A DNA stretch of 64,000 nt from Octopus bimaculoides (Eukaryota), in NCBI RefSeq assembly GCF_001194135.2, contig NC_068990.1, positions 81,761,809-81,825,808 of the forward strand, written 5' to 3'. Made by a program: the position numbers and the translations under genes. The notes beneath the pieces were generated by a model. That model ran no database searches, was not told where the DNA came from, and saw only the letters and a program-made list of their open reading frames with translations. Shown one piece after another: positions 39,320 to 52,579 of the stretch; the first letter of the stretch is position 1, and the number at the start of each line of letters is the position of its first letter.

Positions 39320-39790
39320 TGTTTCATCATAGTCCAACCCTGATTGAACAAACCTTGGATCAAAGGTGTTCCAGGTGTGACCGTTGGGTCATTTCTTTTT
39401 TCAGACTATCTAAGATTACTTTACCTAATGTATCTTCCCCTTTTTCTTTTTTTTTATATTTATAGACAATAGGGTTTCATGGCAGGGAGGAGTAGTTGTT
39501 ATTTCTAGCTAGCCATGTAACTGTGTAGAGGTTATCTTACTGGCTTATAACTAAGAAACTCACTGATGTTTAACTCCCGATTGGCCCTGGTTGAACAGGC
39601 CCGTAATCAAAGTTTTTCCAGCTATGTTTATTCAGTATTTTCTGTTTTCAGACATAGCGCAATATGCAGTCAAGTTTAATATATTTTGGACTATATCATC
39701 CAATATGTCTTTTTTTTTTTAAGATAGAATGTAATCTGAAAGAGATTAGGCTGTTATCTCTTGTAGATCAAGTAACCATGTAGATATTGC
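39320..39790. repeat. Two adjacent copies of repeat family B
   Basis: ccctgattgaac...gatcaaagg...ttatttctagc appears twice in series (about 39320-39560 and 39570-39790). Confidence 0.55.
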
Positions 39791-40499
39791 TTTTGAGCTT
39801 CTTTTATAGTTGTTGATATTAATAGTCCATATGATTAATACAAAATTTCATCTCAGTTAACCATATTCTATGTGCTTCAGTGAAGTAGTGGTAAGCTAAT
39901 AAATCGAGCATTTAACCTTTTACCACTTCACTGAAGTGTAATACATATACATATATTTGTCGGTCTGTCTGTTGTCTGTCTGTTCAATCTCAAGTGGTCA
40001 TTTTATTTTGACTTCAAACCTGCTGCCTGTAAGTCCTTATCTTAAAAAGCTACTTCTGACTTCTTTAAGTGGAATATAATTTAATCAATATTCTGCAGTG
40101 GGGAAGAGGCAAGCAAATTAGTCAATTCCATGCAAATTCAATCAGCCTTCTATTAATGTTTTTGACATTTTTGTTTTCGTCTTCTTCACTGTCAAATCAG
40201 TTTAGAGGACATTTGGAGAATATTAGTTAATTCATTAAAAAATTTAGAACTTTTTTTAGCACTGCCTAAATTTTACAAATAAATAATTTCATCCTAAAAA
40301 CTCTAGCTTATATACTGTTGAGCATAACTTTCTTGGATGTAGGTAGGACTGTCACAAAATTTTCATGATAGGGCTTATGAAATTTGAATTATTGCCAGGC
40401 AGAAAAAAAAAATTTTACTTGCCTCTTCCCCCATCTCCTACAAGATGCATTTAAGTCAGACTGTTCATTATTTGAACTGATATGTTTTTATAAATATCT

Positions 40500-40650
40500 A
40501 GGGATATTTACATGTAAAAAGCACCCAGTCCACTCTGTAAAGTGGTTGGTAATAGGAAAGGCATCTAGCTGTAAAAGCTATGCCAAAGTTGACAATGGAG
40601 CTTGGTGCAGTCCTCTGACTTGCCAGCTCCTGTCAAACCATCCATCTACT
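40500..40650 (+). mobile_element. RTE-tail SINE remnant
   Basis: aaaaagcaccca...gtggttgg...ggaaaggcatctagctgtaaaa aligns to 32715-32860. Confidence 0.6.
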
Positions 40651-41699
40651 ATTCCTTATGATACCAAAAGGTAGAATCAACCTGTCCCCACCAAAAAAAG
40701 AAAAAAAAAAATCCCAAACCCACTGCTCTTCTCAAATATTTGAGGCCTTCTTGAGGCCAACCTGGATCCCATACATCATCCCTTACTTATTTTATTCCTC
40801 TGTATGGCATAAGTTTCAAAGACCCTTCCATCTACATTTCATCTCTGCTACCCAACACACTATCTACTCAAACTTCACTCCAAAATAGGGTATCTACACA
40901 TACGTAGATTCTGTTCTATCTGCTACCCCTCTTATCTGGATTTCAGCAATTGATTTCCAGTTTCTCTGACTTAAAGTCTCCCTTTCTCATTCTCTAAAAT
41001 ACATCTGTCTATGCAGCTTTCTGTACTTCTCAAAACACACATGTATATATACATATATAAAACCTTATGAATTTATATGACTGCATGTTGTGAGAGATGC
41101 TGTGATGGGTTTTGCACGAACTTGGGATTGATGAGCAACTTCAGTTGCCATGAAGACCCTATACGAATGCCAAAATATTTGGTTTTGGGTAAATGGTGCT
41201 AAATTGAAGCCTTGGAACATGAGTGTTGGACTTTGGCAGGTGTGCATACTGCCACCTCTTTTTATAATTTTCACAAATTGACTTAACATGCACAGCCATT
41301 GTAGAACTGTTATCATAATCAAAGGGTGTAGGATTGGTCAGCTGATATTTTCTAACAACATGGAGCTACATGTCTCATCAAAAGGTTCTCTTTGCACAAG
41401 CACTGAATAGATTCATTGCCAAGTGCTGTAAGGCAGAGATAATTAATGATGTGAAAACTGATTAGTCCTCTCAAGAAAGTCTTTTTAGTGCAATCTGTAT
41501 GTTACAGAAACCTTATTGAGACAAGTAGAGAAGTTCAAGAGTTTTGAGGCTGTGGTCATAAGTGATGGGATGCAGGATGCTGAATAGAATGCTAGAAATG
41601 CTGGTGCAGGCACAGTAATGCACAAGCTCTAGTATTCAATCTTCAGAAGAGGTGAGGTTGGTAAAAAATCCAAATTCCCTATCTTCATTTCTGTTTTTA

Positions 41700-42490
41700 T
41701 ACTTATCTTCATCTATGGTTATGCATATCACTACATATCTTTCACACGTCTCTAGGGAGTAGAGCTGCAGTTCCTTTAGCCTTTTCCAGTAACTCATTTG
41801 TTTTCACCAAGTCAGTCTTCTTGTGCAGTGGCTCTGGATTGCCTCAAGTTCCTTAACTAGTTTCATGCCCTGGGGTGACCACGGTTGGGAGCAGTAATCC
41901 AGACAACTGAAAAGAAAAAAGTTTCCATAGGAGTAGCCTGGTATTGTTTTTCCTGGTTCTGAATGATTTCAGAATCCACCCAGCTACTTGCCTGCACAAT
42001 GTTGCCATTTTGGTAACATGCGCATGCAATTTTCCATCATTACTCACGTGGGTTCCCAAGTGATGCACCAACTCTAACTCAGGAATTGTACTACTCTGTA
42101 TTGCGATTGAAGTGCTCGAACCTTCTCAGGATTGATCTTCATGTTATTTTCATCAGCCCATTTGTATATTGCATTCAGGTAATTTTTTTGCCATTTTAGT
42201 ATGTCATCAGTGGCCTTGAATGCTTCTGATTCATTTGTATCATAAGCAAAGCTTATGTATCATAAGTATAGCTTTGTATCATCAGCAGAGCTGGTGAGAA
42301 TGCCTGACTGTGTAGCTGATGGAGTGACTCTGAGAAACACCACAGCAGTAATGGTCTCAGTACAGATCCACGAGGGACTCCACTCTGAATTGATGTCTCC
42401 CCACAGAGAGAAAACCAGTTGTCCCACAGCTGCCTTTCAAAAAGTCATGCAACTGTTCATTTATTTTTCCAACAATGCTAAGGTCATGCA
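41700..42490 (-). mobile_element. Degraded CR1-clade LINE RT C-terminal half
   Basis: Minus strand: IQSGVPRGSVLRP, SSADDTK, GWILKSFRTRK..LLLWK, and WKRLKELQLYSLE. Confidence 0.85.
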
Positions 42491-42519
42491 GTTTGTGACA
42501 TACCATCCCATGATCAACA

Positions 42520-42565
42520 CACACACACACACACACACGTGTATGTATGTATATATATTTGTGTA

Positions 42566-42601
<36 letters not shown>

Positions 42602-42805
42602 ATGTATATATATATATATATGTATACACACATATGAGTGGCTTCTTTTAATTTATGTTTACCAAATCCACTCACAAGGTTTTGGTAAGCCTGAGGCTAT
42701 ATACTAGAAGACACTACCCCAAGGTGCCATACAGTAGGGCTAAACCCAAAACCATATGATTATGAAGCAAACTTATTACCACAGAGCCACAACTGTGCCT
42801 ATGCA
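42520..42805 (-). mobile_element. SINE family A, head half only, broken at its internal microsatellite
   Basis: (CA)/(TA) tract followed by taccaaatccactcacaagg...cccaaggtgcca...ttaccac. Confidence 0.7.
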
Positions 42806-43336
42806 CTCAGATAGCAGTAAAATATAAGTAGAATACATATGCCCAGGTAAATTCTCATGCATCACAGGTAAATCCAATTATCGTTTTGCAGAATTTCAAG
42901 AAAATCATATCTATATTTTAGATTTCACCTTTTAAATCCAACAATTGTTTCACAGCATATCTGTTTGCTTACTCATCATACACATAACACACGCATACTC
43001 CTATATGTACACACACTCACACAAGTTCACATAGTCTTGTGCTTGCTCACACATGCATTCACATGTGCTCACCCACATACACATATACACTCATGCACTT
43101 GCATGCACATGGTTTAGCCAGGTCATTTTTATGTCCCCTTCCATTCAACCTCCTCCATCTGGTCTATTTTTTAATGCTTAACTGGTTTAATTTTCTGAAT
43201 TTCAAAAGTGAAGTGGGATAGAAAGACAAGGGTCTATGCCTTGGCTATCTTGCTCTGACAGGAGTGCTAAAACTCTTGATTTTATAGAGTGAACATTGTC
43301 CAAATTAGTATCGGTTTAGGATACAATTTTATTGGC

Positions 43337-43672
43337 AGAGGATGATCACATGTTGAGGCTTAGAAATTTTTGTTTATTCTTGTCCATGTGTTAATGTCAT
43401 GTGACAGTATTTTTGGAGCTGTAAGTTAAGGCTGACACAATTGGGCAAACGTGTCTAGTGATAGTTCCAAACAATCAAGGCTCTTTAAATTTAATATGTC
43501 AAGTGTGGAAGAGGATGATTGTGTGATTAGGCTTGGAAAGTTCCCTGCTATGTCTGCGAGTTAATGTCATGTGACAATCTTTTTTTGTTTGAACACTAAG
43601 AATGACACTGTTGAGTGTTTGTGTCCAGTGACAGTTCCAAACAAGGCTCTCTAAATTTGATCAGTCAAGTGT
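43337..43672. repeat. Degenerate tandem duplication, period about 170 bp
   Basis: gaggatgat, gttaatgtcatgtgaca, agttccaaacaa, aaggctct and tcaagtgt each recur about 170 bp apart. Confidence 0.7.
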
Positions 43673-43749
43673 TACAGTGGACAGGAGTTGTTTGTATGTA
43701 GTCCTCTGGCTGAATTGTTATTTGTATGTATGTAGGCATAAAATTTTGC

Positions 43750-44830
43750 TCCCCACTAAATTTGTGTGTTAGTGTCATGATTGTGTCCAAAGTTTAGACC
43801 ATTAGTTGTGTAAATTCAATATATTAAAGTAGCAGAATGAGTTTGTGTGTGAGTAGTTGTTGGTGAATGTGCTTTGTTAAAGATTGCTCATTCTTGGCTT
43901 GTATTTTTGTATGAATATATTTTTGGTTTATTTGTGCTTGCTCAGTGGTATTAATTAAACAAAGATAAACTGGGTAGACTTGGAATTTTTTACATATATG
44001 TCTATGTACCCATTCAGTCTGTCTAGTACTGGGGTCTCTATTTGTTGATGATGAATTGTCAGTTTATTTCTGGGAGTAAGTGTTCTTAGGCCTATGTAAT
44101 CATTGTTACATCCTTTATATTTAATAACATATTAAACTATAGTTTAATTTAAGATGTTCATATATCTGTACCTTCATGTATACCATGACTACATTGGCAT
44201 AAGTTGAAGTTACTTTTGTGCCCATCATGGTCCCAGATATATTTGCTTGTAACTATTGCCATTAAAGTGAAAAGAGTTGTTTTCAGTGATGGATCTTAAT
44301 CCTTTGGTGCTGAAACTTTTGAGATTTCATGAGGGAATCTTTCTGAGCCAGAACCTATCATCTCTAGTCCATATTGGTGCAGAATTGTGGTATATAGTTT
44401 TACTACATCAATAATACAATAATGGTCTTTTTTGTTGATGGTTTCGTGGAGTTAGTTTAACAGGTCCAGGTCATTCCTTACAAGACTTTGTACATATTTT
44501 AAAATAAGTTTCAGTAATATGTCTAAGAAATTGTTGAGTCTGTATTTCACCATTTGGACTACAGTCGGTCTAAATTGAAGGTTGGTGGGATGTTTTATTT
44601 TTTACAACTTGAAGTTGATTCTTTACAGGCATTCTAAATAGTTTGGCTCTTGTGGATTTTGGGGAGACTGTAGAAATAACTAGTTTTACATTCAAATTGA
44701 GTTAGGTAGTCACATTATTTGTTTGTTGAACTTTTTTGGTGTTGGTGAATGAGTGTATTCAGTTTCGTCATCTTCTTTAATTTTGATAATTGTTTACGTT
44801 TTTTGTAGTGCCAATCAAATTGTACCCTAT
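43750..44830 (-). mobile_element. Penelope-like element reverse transcriptase relic
   Basis: Minus strand: FRPTVVQMVKYRLNNFLDILLKLILKYVQSLVRNDLDL (44461-44574), TENNSFHFNGNSYKQ, and ISGTMMGTKVTSTYANVVMVYM (PLE-type GTAMG...P.YAN motif). Confidence 0.8.
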
Positions 44831-45030
44831 ACAGTAATTTGAGCCATGTTCTCTTAATAAAAAGAAGACAATTTTCAAACTCCAGTCAGAAGAAAGACAG
44901 TTATGGTGTAGCTCCACATCTTTCTATCCCAACTAACTTTTGTAAATCAGAAAAATCTGTGAATCTGGTTAGGCCTTTCAAAGTAAACCATCTGAGACTC
45001 CCAGTGTATATATATGTATGTGTGTGTATG

Positions 45031-45069
<39 letters not shown>

Positions 45070-45101
45070 ACATAAAATATACACATACCTATATAAAAAT
45101 T

Positions 45102-45148
<47 letters not shown>

Positions 45149-45176
45149 NNNNNNNNNNNNNNNNNNNNNNNNNNNN

Positions 45177-45219
<43 letters not shown>

Positions 45220-45269
45220 CACACACACACATATACACACACTCACTTATATAAATCCCTCAACCTTCA

Positions 45270-45600
45270 CCAGGTTGAGCACCATTGGTCATCCATCTAT
45301 CTCTACGTGACACCTTTCATTCTACTCGAACTTTCAAGTTGTTGCCTACCTACCAACCCTACTATCATCTCTTGCTCCCCCATACACTTGTAAATCTACA
45401 CCTACATGGCTTCTTCCTCTGTTCCACACTTCTAATCACCTCACACCTTGAGGAACAATCTAGATCATTCACACTCTCACTCATTAAGGGAGACATGGAA
45501 ATGATTCTTTGAAAGGGTACTAAATGTGGAGAATGCAAGGGAGAAAGAGAGCCTTCCAAATGTGAACCCATAAAGTGACCAGCTAATACTAGCAGAAAGA
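45270..45600 (+). mobile_element. Possible GIY-YIG (Penelope) remnant followed by a short RTE ORF2 piece
   Basis: LRDTF..., Y.ISCS... and ..EEH/QL-like fragments in shifting frames, then a WK..FERVLNVENA-like segment at about 45495-45560. Highly decayed. Confidence 0.35.
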
Positions 45601-46264
45601 CTGCCCTCTGGGTGGTTTTCTGCTCGTCACTTGATAATATTTTCACATTGATATTTTCAGTTGCATATTTTTTGGAAGCCCCATGTTAAATTGCAAAATT
45701 CTAATGTAATATTTTTGTAATAACAAAATCAAACCTGAAGTGTGTGTGTGTGTGTTTATATTACCAAGGCAGTGTGTGTGAGAGAGAGAGAGAGAGAGAG
45801 TGGGGAGAAAACATTGCAGACAAAGAATGAAATGAAAAAATTGTATAAATAAAAGCATGTTAAAAAGTATCTTGTACCGAATATTAAATCTGTGAACTTT
45901 AAATATTCAATAATAAAAGGAAATTCAGAAAGTAAATTTTTCTCAAAACTTCAATTTATAAAAAATTTCACTTGCTTTAGTAAATATTTCTTTCTGTAAT
46001 TTATTGTAGTTGTAATATATCACTAATTTAAACAGACTTCAAGGTGACCCAACTACATTTAGCGTGCTAGAAATAGCAGTGATCATATAGTATTATTGTA
46101 AGGTTGATAGTGTTCCAAATAGCCATGCCAACAAAATCACTTTTTTTTTCTTAAAATTATACCGATATATTAAGAAATTTTAACTACTGGTATAAAGATT
46201 AAGCTCCTATTTTTTTTTTTTTACACTCAAAATTTAATGTAAAATATAATGTTGAAATTTTTCA

Positions 46265-46380
46265 CTATTTCCATACAAGAAATAAATATATAATCCTTTC
46301 TACTATAGGCACAAAGCCTGGAATTTGAGGGGAGGGGGATAGTCGATTACATTGACCCCCAGTATTTGACTGGTACTTAA
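46265..46380 (-). mobile_element. SINE family C 3' half
   Basis: aatcctttctactataggcacaaagcctg...attgacccccagtatttgactggtactt is the reverse complement of the 27700-27790 type. Confidence 0.6.
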
Positions 46381-47129
46381 GAAGTAAATATATATTACTG
46401 TGATATATTTTATATTAATTTGGCTCTTTTTCTCTATAAAGGGACTTATGTTTCCTATACCCACAGATAATTGTTTAAAGCAAGTATTTCTTTTCTTTAA
46501 AAAATTTAAGATTATTTGCTGAACAACTTTATCATTGTAGACATTTTGTGATCTGCAGATAAAGCTTGTGAGGACTTGTTTTTAGCCTGTCAGTAGTTCT
46601 CATACTTTCAGTAGAAACTGTATTTGTATAAATTGCTGTAGAAGGGTCATATGACTACTCACATTTTAGAAGAAAGGGGTGAAGAGTTTGGTGGGGGGAT
46701 AAGTTGGGAAAGATAAAAATAACTCTTGTGAGGCATCTATGTGGACCCTCAAAATATGAAGTGAGTAGAAGTGGATGGTGGAAGAAGAATGAGGACTGTA
46801 GGTGGTTGGAGTTTACAAGGGTGCACAGACAAATGAGAGGTGGAGAATAGATGAGGCAGTGAATGTAATAAAGAACAAGTGTTACATGAATTAGTAGGGG
46901 AGGTTAAGAAGAAGAGTTGCAGACAGGTGTTGAGGGGTGGATGTAGTGAATGGAGGGTAAAGGATTGGGTGATCAATGATAATGATACAATGGACAGGGA
47001 AAGGTAAGAAAGGGAGAGAGGTGGTGGATAGTTGGATAGATTGCAAGAGTGGGGAGAGTGAGAGATGTATGGTGGAAGAGAAGGTGACAGGATTTCGGTG
47101 CTCAGCAAGGGGCTGCAGCGATGAATTAA

Positions 47130-47465
47130 GTATTGGGGGATGGTAGTGATAAAAATTTGTGGTATCAAACATGCCTAACTTCTCTCTCAATGCCCTGGTG
47201 CTCTCTTGTAGATATACACTGACATTGCACATCAAGCAGAGCATACCAGCTTTTCATTCCTCTCTAAACTTTGCACGTCCTCTGCATCCTGGACCCATGT
47301 CTCACTACCATGTAGCATTGCTGTTTGTAAACATAGATCATACGATCTTCCTTTCACTTGGAGAGACCTTTGGTTGCCAACAGAGGTAAACACTCTCTGA
47401 ACTTCCTCCATTCTAGTCTTATTCTAGCAATTTCAGTTTCAGTACATCCTCTTCCACTGTTAATT
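47130..47465 (-). mobile_element. RTE-clade LINE C-terminal fragment
   Basis: Colinear with 32300-32630 (catgtctcactaccatgtagcattgctgtttg); QESTRALREKLG. Confidence 0.7.
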
Positions 47466-47711
47466 AGGTGAATGTGTGTGTGTGTATGTATACATACACA
47501 TGCATGCACTCACACACTGTTCCAGAACATCTGAGTTTTCTGTGGGACTTCAAAGTGCCTTCTTTCTGTCATCTACATTGGTTATTTCCCAGAACCCAAA
47601 TACTTTCTGATCTGAAGTTTTGAGCAACATTTCTGTATTTGCTATACCATCAATTGACATTTCTAAAATGTAATGAAGTTTCAAGATAGTTATGAATTAG
47701 ATTTGTTACTC

Positions 47712-47904
47712 TTATCCCTTTTATTACCCTATTTCTGTTGAAATACACCACCTAAATTTCAATTAGTTTTGAATATAATGAATGAAATAAACTTAGTAAC
47801 GGCAAAATAACTTTGTAATTATTAAGCTGGTTGTTTGAGACATAAATTAGAATAAAATTTGGGAAAGAAGCTGTCATAGGTGGGTTGATATCAAGAAAGG
47901 TTAA
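47712..47904. mobile_element. piggyBac-like MITE, family B
   Basis: ttatcccttttattacc ... gggttgatatcaagaaaggTTAA; inverted relative to 11955-12183. Confidence 0.6.
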
Positions 47905-48559
47905 AAAGCCTACACAAGGAAACTAGAGAAATATTGTATAGGATAGTAAAAAGAGATCAGAGATAATGAGAGTTGAGGGACGGGATTGCATTGATTTTAT
48001 TTCCTAAAAGCCTGCTGAGAAAAAAAAAACACCCACTCTTATACAGCTGAATGTCAAATTGTTGATGAGATAAAAAACTTTTTGTGGACAATAGAAAAAT
48101 TGTTAGAGATGAGATTTCTTTATTAAATGACAATGTATGAAGGTGATTAGGGTAGGGTTAGGTTTCGTGAATGGGAGGAAAAATTTTCCAAATATCCTAA
48201 TGATTTTAATATGATATTCAAGAAAGGAGGTTGAAAATTATACAACATTCAAAAACATTAAATTCAGAAATTTTCACATTTTAAAAAAAGTCTTTACAGT
48301 CATTTGAATACAAGAAGGCACTTTTCAGTATATTCAAAGATTAGCAATATAGAAGATATTAATTTACATATAATATAGATACTTCTTAGGAAGTACAAGG
48401 GTTATGGAAACTTAACTAATCTTGTTAGAGCCAAAATGATTGTTTTAATGTTGGCAATATGATAAAATGCATCCAGTACATTACGTAAAGTGGTTGGCAA
48501 TAGGAAGGAAAGGTATTCATCTATAGAAAACTTACCAAATATATTATATACTAGTGAGA

Positions 48560-50170
48560 TGTCATCCCCAAACCACCTAGATGGCATGTTTTCTATTGCT
48601 GAGTATACCTAAGATCTACCTTCTTTAGCTTCTTGATATTATTCTTCATTGTACACGTTCTTCCAACCTATCCAAACCTGACTGTTAGCTTTTATGGCTC
48701 TGTTTACATTACTATTCCACCACCATATCATCTTCCATCTGGTTAGATTCTTGCACCGGTAACAGATCTCATCTGTAGCCTTCAACAGGTTGTCTCTTAG
48801 GTACTCCTAGTTATTTTCTATCACTTCTTCCTTCGTCATATGTGTCAATTAGTATTTTTCTTGAACTTATGACTGTTTGACGGCTCTTTCAGTTACCATG
48901 CCTTCCTTCTCTAGATTGTCTTGTGTCCTTCCTTTTTTTTTTTAAATGGACTGATGTATTTTGAGGGTTACTCAGACTGTTATTCTTAGCAGGTTTAGTG
49001 ACATGTAGTGACTTCCTCATTGTTTCTTCTTGATTGTCATAACTTGGAAGTTGCTCTCATCTTTTTTCTCAAACAGCCAAGTTTCATGATTCACTGCAAT
49101 ACTCTTAGTGGTAGGGATCAAGACGCATGTATTTTGTGTATTTATAAATTAAAAACTGCATCAGTTTCTATGTTCTCACCATAATCATGTGTATTTATGA
49201 CTTCATTAGAAGGAGAACGAGAGATTATCTATGATTGAACACTCATACCTGGTGTGGTTTCATAGCACAAAAAAATACCACAAGAATATAAATATTGCCA
49301 AATCTGTTATGTCTGAAAGTATACTATGCTTATATTAAATCTGTGATCTATGCTTGCTTACCTTTGCTCTACCAGAATAACATATATTTGTAATCAAAAT
49401 TACGCTAGAGTGCTCAAGATAATGATTTCTCAATATCCTGTACGAGACATATAAAGGTGCTGTGCTGTTTATTAAAGTTTAATATTAAATGATACTGTAT
49501 ATATCTAAGTAGAAATATATAAGAATAAATTTTGTATGTCAAGTGAAAATAATTTGAAAATTATTCTTAAAGTGTAGGTGGAAGTGTAATTATATAAACA
49601 GGTTTCTTGGTCTTAAGTTTAGACAATTTTGTAAGTCATAACCAGAAATGTCTAAGATAAATTGCAGAACATGCTGCATGATACCGCCTCTACCCTCACC
49701 TCTATAAATAATGATTTTGGACTATTTATGCTCAAAATTATCCTTGCTGGCATGAGAAAGATTGGTATACTAGTATTGTATATTACTGTGTTATTTCACT
49801 GATATTGTTGTTTTCCAGTGAGTATCCTCACCTTGGTGATCTGTCCTTACTACTCTCTATCTTAGCATTCTTGGCCTTCCTGTGACAGGGATAATTTCCA
49901 CTGTCAGCACTGTACATTCATTTACCCAACATCTGTCATTCGTTCACCTTCTGCATGCATCAACCAATGCATTTAATATTCATCCACCCTCCAGACTAAC
50001 TTGTGCTCCACCCTTTATGCAAATTGGTATTGCACATCTGATGGATTGTATTTGATTCATTTCCCCTTAGCCTCAAATGAGTTTCTGCTTTTAAGCCCAT
50101 GTTTTTTTTATCATGTAGCATCATATATCTTACACATCATTAATACAGTTTCCCTTTATGCATAGTGGGA
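48560..50170 (-). mobile_element. Highly decayed RTE-like C-terminal fragments (about 48560-49100 and 49830-50170)
   Basis: Minus strand: ...RCKNLTRWKMIW and DRCWVNECTVLTVE...GRPR, resembling the terminal G.R.RGRP..RW motif. Confidence 0.35.
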
Positions 50171-51034
50171 GAAATAAACCCCTTGGATGCTAAAATAGGC
50201 AACAGCAAATACTCTAACTTCTATATTTTCACTGCAGACACCTTCATTGAGTAACAGAAACTTGTGTTGTGTCCTTGATATGTTTTGTAGGAAATATTGA
50301 GAACCTCAGAATTGTTTACTCAATACAAGCATTATGTACACATGCGGATACCTGGTAGATTGACAGGATTTCAAGTGTGTTAGATATATAAGCAGGAATT
50401 GTTGTTTAACCCCTAAGTCAGCTCTTATTGAAGACATTCTTGCTGTGCCTGTCCTGTCTTTGTTTGATGAGTTCCTTCTTTTTTAAGTTTTGAAGTCAAA
50501 TTTGACTATTATTTCTAGCAAGTCATGCACTTACATACAGGCTCTGTCATTGGTTCATATAAGCAAGAATGGTAAGCGGTGGAGATTCCATATATTTTCT
50601 GAATTATTACCTTTGCTGAATGTAAATGTATGTAACTTTGTTTTGAAGGAAATTTCAGATAGAATTTTTTTTCTTTAGTTATATATTATCTTTACATATA
50701 ATTGGGTGATTGTAATTCATCAGCTAAATTACAGCAGCTGACTGACTGACCCCATTCATGGTCAGAATCACAATGCTGCTGTTAATTGTCTTCTTAATTG
50801 AAGTTTTATTTACTCTCAAATTCTTTCAGTCAAATTAAATATTGTTTACATATACTGAGTTAACAGGATAATAGCTCTGTTAAGTTGTACAATAATTTGC
50901 TCACTTTATGAAGGAAATAGTTTATATAATTATACTTTAAACTATGAATACAACAATTGAATGTTTCTGGGAAACTGAATATTTCTAAAATTCAGGTGTA
51001 TAACAATTGTTTTTTGGATGAATTTCCTACTATG

Positions 51035-51230
51035 TGTTGTTGTTTAACCCTAGATCAGCTCTGAGTGGACATGATCAGAGGTGTTCAAATTATGAGCATC
51101 TCATCTTTGTTTCAGGTATAATATATCTTGGACTTCAGTAACCTGCACACATAGCTCTTCTCTCCTCTTTAAGATGGAATGTGGTATAATTTGAGGGAAA
51201 TTAGCTGCTATTTTTACAAGTCAAGCCACC
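51035..51230. repeat. Repeat family B copy
   Basis: gttgtttaaccctagatcagctctg...aatttgagggaaattagctgcta. Other copies at about 53190-53360, 60120-60340 and 63180-63410. Confidence 0.55.
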
Positions 51231-52579
51231 ACATCATTGATTCAACCTTTAAGTACAGATTTCAAATGGTATTTACTGGTATCTGGGTACTCTAAGACAA
51301 AGGGATATACTTTAACTTTGAATTGTAATTAATGTTGATAAACTAAAACTTAAACATCATGTATTTTACTTTGAAGTCGTATATATTGTTGATAGATTAC
51401 AAAAAGAGTTTTATGTGCCTTCAGTAGGGTTTCAGTTTATGGTTTTTGCTGGAGAAATCTCTAGAAATTTTATGTGAGTATTTAAGTTTCGGTGTGACAT
51501 GAGTAGTAAAGAAGTTAATGTTGTATCTCTTCAGTCTGTAGCTGGTTGAGTGATGGCCACGTAGACACTTGTTGATTTGAGATAATTTTTGTAGTGATAA
51601 ATTAGGATGGATCTTAATGAAGCACCTGAAACTCGGCAACATTTCTAGATGTGTCTACACCATAAAGCTGCTTCCTCTTACTGTTATAGAATTATGAATT
51701 CTTTACTAATTCAATATGCTTTTCTGTTTTTTAATCAGTTTACACTTTGAAATAATTTTTTCCTTCTTCTTCAATGAACTGTGCTGTCATTTATCATCAC
51801 TGCCATCTCCTTATATCCGTTTGTCAATGCTAGCATGGACTGTAGGAATCTGTTTCAGCACAGAATAGCATCTCATGTGTTGCAGTCCTTCATTACTTGA
51901 GACAAACAACAGAGAAAATCACCAATCTTTGTTATTGTGTATGTCATGTTTTTTTTGACATTTGTTTTCTATCGTTAGTTGTTTCTCACTTATCAGATCC
52001 CTTTTTAAAGCATAGAGAGGTTATCTGCCAGGATTAAAATGTCCCCTCTAATTTGTTACTGTTCTCCAACATAAATAACCAAATACTCTGGTATTCAGTT
52101 GTCCATGTTGCCTTGTTTCATCACTATATGAAATTAGAAGCCAAGTTATAAATAACAATCATAAAAAGAAACTTTTTTTTTTTTTTTACAAAAATACATA
52201 AAATCAGAAATTCTGTAAAATAAAATGTTATTAGATGTAAAGTTTATTCATTAAATGTAGTTATTAATAAACTATTTTTTTTTTAAACTACATATATCGT
52301 TATCAATTTGATCCTGACTTGTTTGTTATTGCTGTCATTAACATCGAGTTTAAATTATATAGTTTAATAATTCTAATTTGGAACCATTAGCCTAAACCAA
52401 TTTCAACAGTGTGTCAACATTATACATTAACAACATCAGTTCAAATAGAAGTGTTGTTAACTTATGAATATTAAATTCTATTTTATTAATTACCTTTTTT
52501 TCCTTCCTTTTTACTTATGTAAATCACTCGGATAATAATATATATGAAATTCAGTCTTGCATGCATATGTGTGTAAATG

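Noticed and set aside
42844-42875. Two CAG|GTAAAT motifs about 22 nt apart as a recursive site
   Set aside because: No adequate pyrimidine tract before either AG.
46670-47130. Purine-rich plus strand with long minus-strand Pro/Ser/Leu/His ORFs
   Set aside because: Compositional bias suggests an old retroelement; no motif could be assigned and there are no splice signals.
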